Assembly: GCA_964509675.1 (NCBI GenBank)
Contig: CAZDXC010000002.1
Location: forward strand, 7,425-71,424
Direction of reading: 5' to 3'
Source: Candidatus Woesearchaeota archaeon
GTDB taxonomy: Archaea; Nanobdellota; Nanobdellia; Pacearchaeales; GW2011-AR1
Length of the DNA: 64,000 nucleotides
Below are positions 48,950 to 57,236 of the stretch, one piece after another; within the stretch, counting starts at the first letter, position 1, and the number at the start of each line of letters is the position of its first letter. The translations under genes and the position numbers were made by a program. The notes under the pieces are model-generated. The model worked only from the letters and a program-made list of their open reading frames with translations. It ran no database searches and was not told the origin of the DNA.

Positions 48950-48967
48950 ACCTAAAAAATTTTTTAT

Positions 48968-50179
48968 TTAATTGTAAGATAATGAATTTGAAATAATCTC
49001 CTTTGCTTTTCCAATAATGTCTTTTGTTATAGCAAGCCGAATTTCCCTCATTCTTCCCCCTCTTCCTTTGGAAATAACATTTACAGTAATAATCCCTAAC
49101 ATATCAAACTCCTGAATTATGTCTCCTACTCTCCTCTGAGTAAGCACTTCTAAATGATTTTTTATACATAAATCTCTATAACAATTATAAACCTCTCCAG
49201 TAAATAAATGGTAATTTGGGTTTTTTTCTGAAATTTGAATTATTGAACTTAATACAAGTTGGAATTGTTTTGGTTCTGATTTTATAACATCCAAAATTTT
49301 ATCTCTTTCTATTTTATCATTAGCTTCATCTATATATTTTAAGAAGATTTTTTTTGAATTGTCTCTCTCTGCCAATTCTCCGGCTATTCTCAACAAATCC
49401 AAAGCTCTTCTAGCATCTCCATGTTCCCTGGCAGCTAAAGCAGCACATTTGGCAATAACTCCTTCCTGAAGAATCCCTCCTTTAAAAGCATCTTTTGCTC
49501 TTTTGGATAAGATGTCCTGCAATTGTAAGGCATTATAAGGGTCAAAAACAATTTCCTCTTCTGAAAGTGAACTTTTCACCCTTGGGTCTAATTCATCCAA
49601 AAAAGTTAGATTATTGCTTATTCCAACCAAACAAATTTGAGATTTGGATAATTCAGAATTAAGTCTCGTCAAATTATAAAGAAAATCATCTGAAATTTTT
49701 TTGGCTGTTTGGTCTATTTCATCTAATACAAGCACTATTGTTTGCTTCTCTGAATCAATTGTATCAAGGAACCTTTCATAAACCGATTGTGTTGGAAGTC
49801 CTGTCGCAGGAACCTCTCCCCCAAATTTCTTAATCAATTCAGCTAATATTCTATACTCTGTATCAGATACTTTTTTTAATTTGCAGTTCAAATATTCTAT
49901 CCTCAACTTAAAATCTGCATCTTTTTTTGCCCTTTTCATTAACTCATTTCTCACATAAAGTACAGAAAGAGTTTTCCCTGTTCCGGTTTTCCCATATAAA
50001 AACAGATTACTCGCTCTATCCCCTCTTAAAAGAGGAGCTAGTATAGAAGCTATTTGTTTTATTTCCTTACCTCTATGCGGAATATCTTCTGGTTGATAAC
50101 TGCTTTGCAGCGTGGATTTATCTTTGAAAATTCCGTTATTATCAAAAGCTTCAAATATCTTATCTAATTCATTTCCCAT
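48968..50179 (-). CDS. cdc6: Cdc6/Orc1 replication initiator
   Basis: GKTGTGKT, LDEID, LDPRVKSSL, GDARRALD and winged-helix S.GRGGR. Confidence 0.96.
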   Translation of the reverse strand: MGNELDKIFEAFDNNGIFKDKSTLQSSYQPEDIPHRGKEIKQIASILAPLLRGDRASNLFLYGKTGTGKTLSVLYVRNELMKRAKKDADFKLRIEYLNCKLKKVSDTEYRILAELIKKFGGEVPATGLPTQSVYERFLDTIDSEKQTIVLVLDEIDQTAKKISDDFLYNLTRLNSELSKSQICLVGISNNLTFLDELDPRVKSSLSEEEIVFDPYNALQLQDILSKRAKDAFKGGILQEGVIAKCAALAAREHGDARRALDLLRIAGELAERDNSKKIFLKYIDEANDKIERDKILDVIKSEPKQFQLVLSSIIQISEKNPNYHLFTGEVYNCYRDLCIKNHLEVLTQRRVGDIIQEFDMLGIITVNVISKGRGGRMREIRLAITKDIIGKAKEIISNSLSYN

Positions 50180-50199
50180 TTCTTACCCTCATTTTTAAT

Positions 50200-50555
50200 T
50201 AACACTGACACTTTTATTTCCTATGGAAATTGTTAGAAAATAAAAGATTCACAACGATAACTATTTGAATTGATTATATAAATAATTATAACTACTCGTA
50301 AAGAAATACACCTTAATTTCTTATGGAAATAAAACTCTTAAGAATCTGTTTTCTTATATTTTTTCTGTCAGTTATCTTATTTGATGTTAGTTTCTTAAAT
50401 TGCTTTTAAATAATAAAATTTATTATTAAAATTACTTTATTATATTATATTATATTATATTATATTATAACATATAAATAAATATAAGTAAATAATAATC
50501 AAAAAATTTTAAATTTTGTTTATAAACATTTCTATGAGAAATGAAGGGGTGGGAG
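50200..50555. other. Replication origin (oriC): ORB boxes flanking an AT-rich DNA unwinding element
   Basis: ATTTCCTATGGAAAT (50216-50230) and ATTTCTTATGGAAAT (50316-50330) in one orientation; ATTTCTATGAGAAATGAAGGGGT (50528-50550) in the other; TTATA tandem tract at about 50437-50468; directly upstream of cdc6. Confidence 0.85.
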
Positions 50556-50638
50556 TATTTTCTTTTTTCAATTAGTATACTCTTAAATCTATTTAATTTT
50601 ACAGAAAAGTTTATAAATTATTCTCCTTTAAATTTCAT

Positions 50639-50899
50639 ATGCAGGGGAATAAGAACACTTATAATTCTATTGTAGGAAAAATGATTGTAACCAAAGAAGG
50701 AAAAAGATTGGGTTTTGTTAGAGATATAACTTTTGAGACCAAATCCGGAGAGCTTATTAACATAGTTGTTAAGGATTCTACTCCTTATACAAAGAACCTT
50801 AATTTGGAAAGAACAAACTCAAATGAATTATTAATCCCCTATAACGCCATAATAGCTATCGGAGATTTTGTAATTGTTTCAGAAGAAGATTTAATCTAA
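50639..50899 (+). CDS. PRC-barrel protein (CdpB-like)
   Basis: VGK.IVT.EG..LG.V.DI.F...SGEL...IPY.AI.AIGDFVIV. Confidence 0.88.
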   Translation: MQGNKNTYNSIVGKMIVTKEGKRLGFVRDITFETKSGELINIVVKDSTPYTKNLNLERTNSNELLIPYNAIIAIGDFVIVSEEDLI

Positions 50900-50943
50900 T
50901 TTTAAATATAAATATTTAAAAATATCACTTTAATTTATTTAGG

Positions 50944-51366
50944 ATGAGACTTATTGCTTTTAATTTTGAGAAAATGAGTATTGAGAAATTTAATGGAAAA
51001 CCAGAAAATCTTAAATTTAATACAAAAATAGATATTTCTGCGATTAATCCCTTTAAGTCTGATATCATAAAAACAAAAGAGGAGCTCCTCAAGATAGATT
51101 TTGTTTATTCTGTTTTATATGAACCCGATTTTGCTAAATTAGAACTAGCTGGAAGCATGGTTCTTTCTGTTGAACCCAAACTAGCTCGGGAAGTTTTAAA
51201 AGGATGGAAAGATAAACAAACATTAGAAGATTTCAGAATCTTTATGTTTAATATTATTTTAAGGAAATCAAATATTAAAGCTTTACAATTAGAAGATGAA
51301 CTCGACCTTCCATTACATTTGCCATTGCCTTCTTTGAATAAAGAGAATGTAAAAGAAGGAAAATAG
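50944..51366 (+). CDS. Conserved hypothetical protein
   Basis: 140-aa ORF ending LP...PLP; typical codon usage. Confidence 0.75.
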   Translation: MRLIAFNFEKMSIEKFNGKPENLKFNTKIDISAINPFKSDIIKTKEELLKIDFVYSVLYEPDFAKLELAGSMVLSVEPKLAREVLKGWKDKQTLEDFRIFMFNIILRKSNIKALQLEDELDLPLHLPLPSLNKENVKEGK

Positions 51367-51408
51367 AAATAGTCAAACTTTAAAAAATAGTTTCACTAAG
51401 TTCTTTTA

Positions 51409-51690
51409 ATGAAAATATCTGAACAAAAAAAAGAGAAAATTTATGAACAAATTCTCGCATTACTCTATTCTGTTTCTCCAAAACCATTATTTACATTGAA
51501 TATTGCTCAGGAAATTGCAAGAGACGAAGAATTTGTAAAATCTCTCCTTTTATCTCTAAAGAGAAAAAATCTTATCGTGGAAATAAAGAAAAACCCAAAA
51601 GGGCTGCCTTATGCAAAAAGATCTAGATGGAAACTGACTGACAATACTTACCAAGCTTATAAAAAACAACAAAATATCCAAAATCCTTAA
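51409..51690 (+). CDS. Small winged-helix DNA-binding protein
   Basis: IL.LL...P.F...IA.E.ARDEEF...LL..L....L......RW.L. Confidence 0.75.
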   Translation: MKISEQKKEKIYEQILALLYSVSPKPLFTLNIAQEIARDEEFVKSLLLSLKRKNLIVEIKKNPKGLPYAKRSRWKLTDNTYQAYKKQQNIQNP

Positions 51691-51714
51691 ATATTCTTTA
51701 TTATTTCGATAATC

Positions 51715-52389
51715 ATGGATGAGATAAAAAAAGCCTTCCATAAAGTAAAACAAGACATAGATTCCTTGAATAATGAATTTAATATATTAAAAAAATCTTT
51801 TTTTGAAGCAAAACAACAACTTTCATATATGAATAAAACTCTTAATGAGCTTATTTCTAAAACTAAAGAAGAATCACAGGATAATTTTAATACAACAAAT
51901 AACCTCAGAAATTCAACATATCCAACACATTCTTCGACACATAACCTTCCCTTTAAGCCCTTAAAAAAGCAAAATATGGGGATTTCCACTGGAAATGAAG
52001 GGGTTCCAACAGACAAACAGACAGACAAACAGACAGACAAACAGACAGAAAAAACCTATTTTGGAAACGCCTTGGAGATTCTTAATTCATTAGATAATAT
52101 AAAAAAAGAGATAAGAAATAAGTTTAAACGAATTACAGACCAAGAATTCTTGGTTTTTTCTACAATTTACCAATTAGAAGAAGAAACAAAATATGTCGAT
52201 TATAAGATTGTTTCTAAGCGGTTAAACCTGACTGAGAGTTCTATAAGAGATTATGTCGGAAGACTGATAAAAAAAGGAATTCCCGTCGAGAAAACAAAAA
52301 TTAATAATAAAATGATTCAGCTTTCAATTTCCAATCAATTGAGGAAAGTTGCTCCTTTGCCTGTTATTTTACAGCTTAGAGAACTATAG
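51715..52389 (+). CDS. Coiled-coil / QT-repeat / C-terminal winged-helix protein; its coding sequence contains an ORB box
   Basis: T.QE..VF..IY.LE...Y......L.LTESSIRDYV..L..KG.P. Confidence 0.82.
   Translation: MDEIKKAFHKVKQDIDSLNNEFNILKKSFFEAKQQLSYMNKTLNELISKTKEESQDNFNTTNNLRNSTYPTHSSTHNLPFKPLKKQNMGISTGNEGVPTDKQTDKQTDKQTEKTYFGNALEILNSLDNIKKEIRNKFKRITDQEFLVFSTIYQLEEETKYVDYKIVSKRLNLTESSIRDYVGRLIKKGIPVEKTKINNKMIQLSISNQLRKVAPLPVILQLREL
51982..52004 (+). promoter_or_regulatory. Full-length ORB (origin recognition box) inside a CDS
   Basis: ATTTCCACTGGAAATGAAGGGGT: dyad plus G-string, near-identical to the ORB at 50528. Confidence 0.75.
52009..52048 (+). repeat. 12-bp tandem repeat ACAGACAAACAG, about 3.3 copies
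   Basis: Encodes TDKQ three times. Confidence 0.9.
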
Positions 52390-52484
52390 ATGATTTTTCT
52401 TAAGATTTCTCGCTAACCGAATAACTAACTATCTAATTCTGGATTTGCTCTTTTTTTTCAAAAATTCTCATAATTTTTTGTTTT

Positions 52485-53120
52485 TTAGTAATCAGAAACC
52501 TTCTTTTTATCTTTTTTTTCAGATTTTTCACCTCCTTTAACTCTCACTTTTGTCTTTTTTAGCATCTTTTCCTTGATATTTTCAGGAATAAACACTCTCT
52601 TTTTACCATTTTTCTCTATTTCTTCTTCAATTATTCCCTCACACTTTTGTTTTATTGCGTTTATCTGTCCTCTTATCGTGGATCTCTCTTTTCCTAACAT
52701 GGCAGCTAAATCATCATAACTCAACTTCATTTCAGTATTTAACAATATCCAAAGAATTGCTCTTTCAGTTATTGAAAATTGGCTTAATTTTGGTGTTTGA
52801 ACACCTGTTTGAACACCTGTTTGGACAGCATAAACAGCTGTTTGTTTATTAAACACCTGTTTGGGTGTTTTAAACACCCTGTTTGTTTTTAATTCATTCA
52901 TAATTGAAAGAACATTTTTCAAACCATCAACATCATTTTTTATCGACGATAAAATCTCTTTTAAATCCTCAATTTCTTTTTTTTGCAAATTTTTCTCAGA
53001 ATCAAGATGTTTAATCCACCCACTTACAGAAACTATATCTTTTTTTACAGAATCAAAACTATTTTTAGTTTCTTCTTTTATCTTTTCAACCTCTTTTTTT
53101 CCTCCAAACAACCAAAACAT
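52485..53120 (-). CDS. Coiled-coil / VQT-repeat / C-terminal winged-helix protein
   Basis: S.TER.IL..LL....LSY.DLA..LGK..ST.RGQIN.IK.K. Confidence 0.82.
   Translation of the reverse strand: MFWLFGGKKEVEKIKEETKNSFDSVKKDIVSVSGWIKHLDSEKNLQKKEIEDLKEILSSIKNDVDGLKNVLSIMNELKTNRVFKTPKQVFNKQTAVYAVQTGVQTGVQTPKLSQFSITERAILWILLNTEMKLSYDDLAAMLGKERSTIRGQINAIKQKCEGIIEEEIEKNGKKRVFIPENIKEKMLKKTKVRVKGGEKSEKKDKKKVSDY
52792..52886. repeat. Cluster of AACA[C/G]CTGTTT quasi-palindromic repeats within the CDS
   Basis: TGTTTGAACACC twice, AAACAGCTGTTT, AAACACCTGTTT and AAACACCCTGTTT. Confidence 0.85.
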
Positions 53121-53227
53121 AGTAATATTTGTAAATCATACTTTAAAAATCTTTTGCCAGCGACGATATTTTTCTAAAAAGATAATAATAAATTTAAGAG
53201 GAAATTACATAAAATTAATCAAAAAAG

Positions 53228-53302
53228 AGCTGTTTAAAGACGAAAAAATATGACAAACAGCTGTTTAAAGGCTGTTTTAAACAGCTGTTTAAAATTTAAA
53301 CA
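53228..53302. repeat. AAACAGCTGTTT palindrome cluster upstream of the winged-helix gene
   Basis: AGCTGTTTAAA, AAACAGCTGTTTAAA, GCTGTTTTAAACAGCTGTTTAAA. Confidence 0.85.
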
Positions 53303-53445
53303 TCTAAAGTTAATTATTAGTATTAACTTAGATAACCTAAGTGCACAACCCCCTACTGTACTAAAGATTTATGCTAAATTTGCATCAAAAAAGTATATAT
53401 TATCTAATGGAAATTGTTAAAAATTCTAAATGAGTCTAATACAAC

Positions 53446-53655
53446 ATGTCAATATCAATTGATGAACAGATAGAAAAGATAAGGCAAAGAGAAATAAGGG
53501 AAGGTAATCTTTATGATTGTCCTGAAAAGCTTTATGCAAAATCTAAGCAAATCAGAGATATTGTCATGTGTGAAGGTCATATAGTTGGGGTTAAGGGGAC
53601 GAGTTTATCTCAAAAATGTTTAGATTGTCAATTTTATGCACAAACTTCACCTTAG
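53446..53655 (+). CDS. Small Cys-containing orphan protein (cassette 1)
   Basis: 69 aa, C..C..CLDC; its TAG stop lies inside the repeat site. Confidence 0.65.
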   Translation: MSISIDEQIEKIRQREIREGNLYDCPEKLYAKSKQIRDIVMCEGHIVGVKGTSLSQKCLDCQFYAQTSP

Positions 53656-53710
53656 TTTACATTATATTAAATTATATAAATGCTTAAAAGATTCTATTTT
53701 TTTAATATAG

Positions 53711-53992
53711 ATGGCTTTGGATGGTTATTATGTATATAGATTAGAAAAAGTATTAGAAAAAGGAATTGAGAATAAAAAAACAGAACTAATTAATTTCTTA
53801 CAGCATAATTTATACCCAATTTATCACCAAGCATGTGCTGAAGCAAAGGTTCCTGAAGAATCAAAAATAAAATCTTTTTACTCTCATTCACAAACTTCAC
53901 CTAAGTGCACAGAACAAGACTTAGGTAAAAAATTGTTAGAACTTAAAAGAGTCTCTCCAGTAATTAATAGAGCAGGACAATCTGACCATTAA
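53711..53992 (+). CDS. Small orphan protein (cassette 2)
   Basis: Own TTATATAAA box; reads QTSP-K across the third repeat site. Confidence 0.6.
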   Translation: MALDGYYVYRLEKVLEKGIENKKTELINFLQHNLYPIYHQACAEAKVPEESKIKSFYSHSQTSPKCTEQDLGKKLLELKRVSPVINRAGQSDH

Positions 53993-54166
53993 CAGAACAT
54001 TTCCCCTCAAACTCATTTTTATATGTAAATACTTCGTACAACCTATATTGTCACAATCTTTTTTCTCAATTTTCCTTATAAAAAACTGAACTTAGGGCAC
54101 CCTATAAGCACGTAAACCATACATTTTTAAACCTTAGTGCACATTTTTCTATATAAAAGAGGGAAA

Positions 54167-54943
54167 ATGAATGAAAAAACTCAAACTAAACCCCTTGCAG
54201 CAATTTATGTTCGTGTTTCAACTGAAGAACAAGCAAGACAGGGAATTTCTTTATCTGCTCAGGAAGAATCTCTAAAAAATTATGCATCTGCTCTTGGTTA
54301 TGAAATCTATAAAATTTACAAGGATGAAGGGAAATCAGCAAAAGATATCAAAGGCAGGCCAGAAATGGTTCAATTGCTAAAGGATGCAGAGTCAAGAAAA
54401 ATTCAGGCAATATTCATCTATAAGTTAGATAGATTTTCAAGAAGCTTAAGAGATTTAATAGAAACTATTGAAAAATTAAAGGAATGGGGAGTTGATTTTA
54501 TTTCTTTACAAGATAAGATAGAAACAACAAGTGCTTCAGGAAAATTGATGTTTCATATTATTTCAGCTTTCGCAGAATTTGAAAGAAATGTGACGGGAGA
54601 CAGAACTAAATTTTCAATGGATAAAAAGGCAAGAGACGGCTTGCCAATAACAAGAGCTCCATGGGGGTATAAAATTGAAGACAAAAAGCTAATTCCCACA
54701 GAACACTCTTATCAAGTTCAGGAAGTTTTTCAAGAATTCTTAAATCAAAAAATAAGTTTAACAAAATTAGCCCAAAAATATGGTTTTTCGGTCAATGGCT
54801 TGAAAAAAATTCTGAAAAACCAAGTTTATTTGGGAAAAATAAAGTTTGATGGACAGACACATCAAGGAACACATCAACCCTTGATTTCATCAACTTTATT
54901 TAATCATGTTCAAGATAAGTTGGAGAAGTTAGGAATTAAATAG
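54167..54943 (+). CDS. Serine recombinase (resolvase catalytic domain plus short recombinase domain, no Zn-ribbon/coiled coil)
   Basis: YVRVST.EQ, D.G.SA, RP, KLDRFSR, AEFER, P.GY, L.N..Y.G and H.PLI. Confidence 0.95.
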   Translation: MNEKTQTKPLAAIYVRVSTEEQARQGISLSAQEESLKNYASALGYEIYKIYKDEGKSAKDIKGRPEMVQLLKDAESRKIQAIFIYKLDRFSRSLRDLIETIEKLKEWGVDFISLQDKIETTSASGKLMFHIISAFAEFERNVTGDRTKFSMDKKARDGLPITRAPWGYKIEDKKLIPTEHSYQVQEVFQEFLNQKISLTKLAQKYGFSVNGLKKILKNQVYLGKIKFDGQTHQGTHQPLISSTLFNHVQDKLEKLGIK

Positions 54944-54949
54944 ATAGAT

Positions 54950-55348
54950 TTATCTGTAACTCTTCTGACGTTTTCTTCTTGCCTTGCTGTCTCCAGGCTT
55001 GTAAGATTCTTTTCTTCGGACATCTGCAACAAGCAAATTCCTATCATAATCAAAAAAGGCATCTTCTAATTCCTTTGATTTTGAGAATTTTAATAATGCT
55101 TTTGATAATGCAACTCTTGCGGCTTCTACTTGTCCTTTTTCTCCTCCTCCCTTTACTTTTATTGAAACATCGAAATTTAATTTTCCTAAAATATTTTCCG
55201 CAATCCTTAGAGGCTCGTCTATTTTTAATTTATCAAAAAAATGCAATGTTTTGTAATCTCTCCCATTTATCAAAATTTTTCCGTTCCCATCATCAATAAC
55301 AGCTCTTGCGACTGCTCTTTTTCTTTTTCCAGATGTTATTGTTTTCAT
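54950..55348 (-). CDS. rps9: 30S ribosomal protein S9
   Basis: SGKRK.AVARA, GGG..GQ..A and QKSYR. Confidence 0.96.
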   Translation of the reverse strand: MKTITSGKRKRAVARAVIDDGNGKILINGRDYKTLHFFDKLKIDEPLRIAENILGKLNFDVSIKVKGGGEKGQVEAARVALSKALLKFSKSKELEDAFFDYDRNLLVADVRRKESYKPGDSKARRKRQKSYR

Positions 55349-55740
55349 TTTGAGATTTCCTTAATTTTTATTGATTTTCCCAGAGTTTTTGCTCTTCCAG
55401 CAGATATTTTTTTCTTTTCTTCAAATTCTTTTGGCATTCCTCTGTAACATTTTATTCTTTTGAATGCTATTCTTCCTCTCCCAACACGATAATTTGGAAG
55501 CATCCCTCTTATAGTTCTCTTAACTATTTTTTCACTTGTTTTTGAAATTTTTGGCCCTTTTTGCGTACTTCCAACTCTTTTTCTTTTTGCCTCAAAATTT
55601 TCTTTTATATCTTTTTTATTTCCTGTAATTATTATCTGCTCACAATTTACAATTACAATATCTTCTCCCTTAAGTGCTTCTTTAGCTGCATAACTTGCCA
55701 ATCTTCCCAATGTTGCATTCTTGCCATCGATTATTTTCAT
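55345..55740 (-). CDS. rpl13: 50S ribosomal protein L13
   Basis: LGRLAS..AK and RTIRGMLP. Confidence 0.96.
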   Translation of the reverse strand: MKIIDGKNATLGRLASYAAKEALKGEDIVIVNCEQIIITGNKKDIKENFEAKRKRVGSTQKGPKISKTSEKIVKRTIRGMLPNYRVGRGRIAFKRIKCYRGMPKEFEEKKKISAGRAKTLGKSIKIKEISK

Positions 55741-56105
55741 CTCAAAAACCTCACATTCTTTGCTTCTGGATTTTTCTTTATTTCTTCCAAGATAGTCAAG
55801 GTCTCTCCTCGTGCTTTTGATATTTTTTCCTTAGCTTTTTTTGAAAAAGCTAATGCAACTACTTTAATCTTTTTATCTAAATCTCCCTGGGATAAAACTT
55901 TGCCTGCTATAACAACAGTCTCTCCATCTTTTGCTTCATCATTTATCCTGTTTAGATTCATGTTTATTCTCTTTGTTCTAGGTGCTGAAAGCATTGTAGC
56001 AACTTCAAGCCACTCCTCTTTTTTCTTTGCCTGAATTATTGTTTCAACTAATTCAGGATTCATTTTCTTTTTTAATTGCTTTTCTATTAATGTTTTGCTT
56101 TTCAT
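55737..56105 (-). CDS. rpl18e: 50S ribosomal protein L18e
   Basis: NL.RI, GKVLS.G and A..FS..A.EKI. Confidence 0.94.
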   Translation of the reverse strand: MKSKTLIEKQLKKKMNPELVETIIQAKKKEEWLEVATMLSAPRTKRINMNLNRINDEAKDGETVVIAGKVLSQGDLDKKIKVVALAFSKKAKEKISKARGETLTILEEIKKNPEAKNVRFLR

Positions 56106-56271
56106 TTTGAATAATAATAGAGAAAAACTCTACTATTTCGCTTGCGCTCGCAGATAAAAACCTGAGAGGATTATGCTTTATAAAAGTTTTTATATGCTTA
56201 TTTTTTGATATTGTTAACAGTTCGCAGACCCGCTCAAGGTCAAGGGCGATAAAGTTTCGCGAATCTGCTCT

Positions 56272-56355
56272 GCGGGAATGCCGGAGTGGTCAAACGGGAC
56301 AGACTCAAAATCTGTTGGCTTAGTGCCTACATAGGTTCGAATCCTATTTCCCGCA
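56272..56355 (+). tRNA. tRNA-Leu(CAA)
   Basis: GCGGGAA/TTCCCGC; ACAGA-CT CAA AA-TCTGT; long variable arm. Confidence 0.95.
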
Positions 56356-56483
56356 TAAGGGATTCGATTAAATGGTTTAAAAGAGAGGAAAATTAGCAAG
56401 AAATAAAAGGAAGGTTAAGCGAAGGAAACCTTGGTGTCCTCGCGTTGTCTTGCTTCGGATTCTATTTCCCGCATAAAATTATT

Positions 56484-57206
56484 TTATTTAGAAATTTTTT
56501 TAGAGACTTCTTTTAAATCACTTTTTAATATTTCAATAGCTTTTTTAAAAATATCTTTTTCATTCATTTGTCCGAAAGATTCTACTGTTACAACTAACTC
56601 TCCTGTTGGAGTTAGTTCAATGCATTTCTTCCCTATTTTTCTTGATAAATCAACACAGGCTTCGCACATATCACATCTATTCTCATCTATTACAACAACT
56701 TTTCCTGCTTCTAACCCAAAAACTTTCCGGGGGCAGGCATTGATAATTTCTCTTGGACAGTCCTTGTCTATTTTTACCTTTATCAAATTTCTATAAAATA
56801 ATAATCCTGGAGAAAATTTAGAATGTTCACTCCCTTTTCCGGCTTTTGCAGTTGCAAGAATCTCTAATTCTTGTCCTTTTTTTAAAACTGTAATGGGGAT
56901 TTTATCATAAACAGGACTTATTTTTCCTTTCATGTCTTCGAAATAAATAATCCCTTCTTTTTTTGCTATGAGGCTTATTTGTTCAGAAGTTTTTTCATTT
57001 ACTGTCTTGTCAGTTTTTAATGGAATAAGCCCCAATCTGTGGGCAATTGTTTCATCATATAATGGAGAATCGTTTTTTGAAATTTCAACATCATCAATTG
57101 CAAGAACAGGAACATGATCTACATATCTTCTTATGGCATTTGCTAAACTTTCATCTATTTCTGCAGTGAATGTTATTTGATTATTTTTTTTGTCTATTAT
57201 TTTCAT
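56484..57206 (-). CDS. rpoD: RNA polymerase subunit D (Rpo3) with Fe-S domain
   Basis: ANAIRR, N.S.LYDE.IAHRLGLIPL, G.G.EH.K and CDMCEAC. Confidence 0.95.
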   Translation of the reverse strand: MKIIDKKNNQITFTAEIDESLANAIRRYVDHVPVLAIDDVEISKNDSPLYDETIAHRLGLIPLKTDKTVNEKTSEQISLIAKKEGIIYFEDMKGKISPVYDKIPITVLKKGQELEILATAKAGKGSEHSKFSPGLLFYRNLIKVKIDKDCPREIINACPRKVFGLEAGKVVVIDENRCDMCEACVDLSRKIGKKCIELTPTGELVVTVESFGQMNEKDIFKKAIEILKSDLKEVSKKISK

Positions 57207-57236
57207 TTGATTATTTTGCAATTTTGATTTTTAAAT

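Larger units (their letters stand above)
53335..54143 (+). repeat. Four direct copies of a 13-bp site ACCTWAGTKYACA (53335, 53649, 53899, 54131) delimiting cassette-like units
   Basis: ACCTAAGTGCACA / ACCTTAGTTTACA / ACCTAAGTGCACA / ACCTTAGTGCACA; copies 2 and 3 share the upstream CACAAACTTC. Confidence 0.8.

Noticed and set aside
51687..52040. Minus-strand ORF with SVCL repeats
   Set aside because: It is the antisense reading of the 12-bp tandem repeat in the winged-helix gene.
53335..54143. CRISPR array interpretation of the spaced 13-bp repeats
   Set aside because: The repeats are too short, the spacers are 230-315 bp and contain ORFs, and there are no cas genes in the window.
56214..56399. 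ORF 56214-56399 and ORF 63677-63874
   Set aside because: Both overlap tRNA genes and are spurious.
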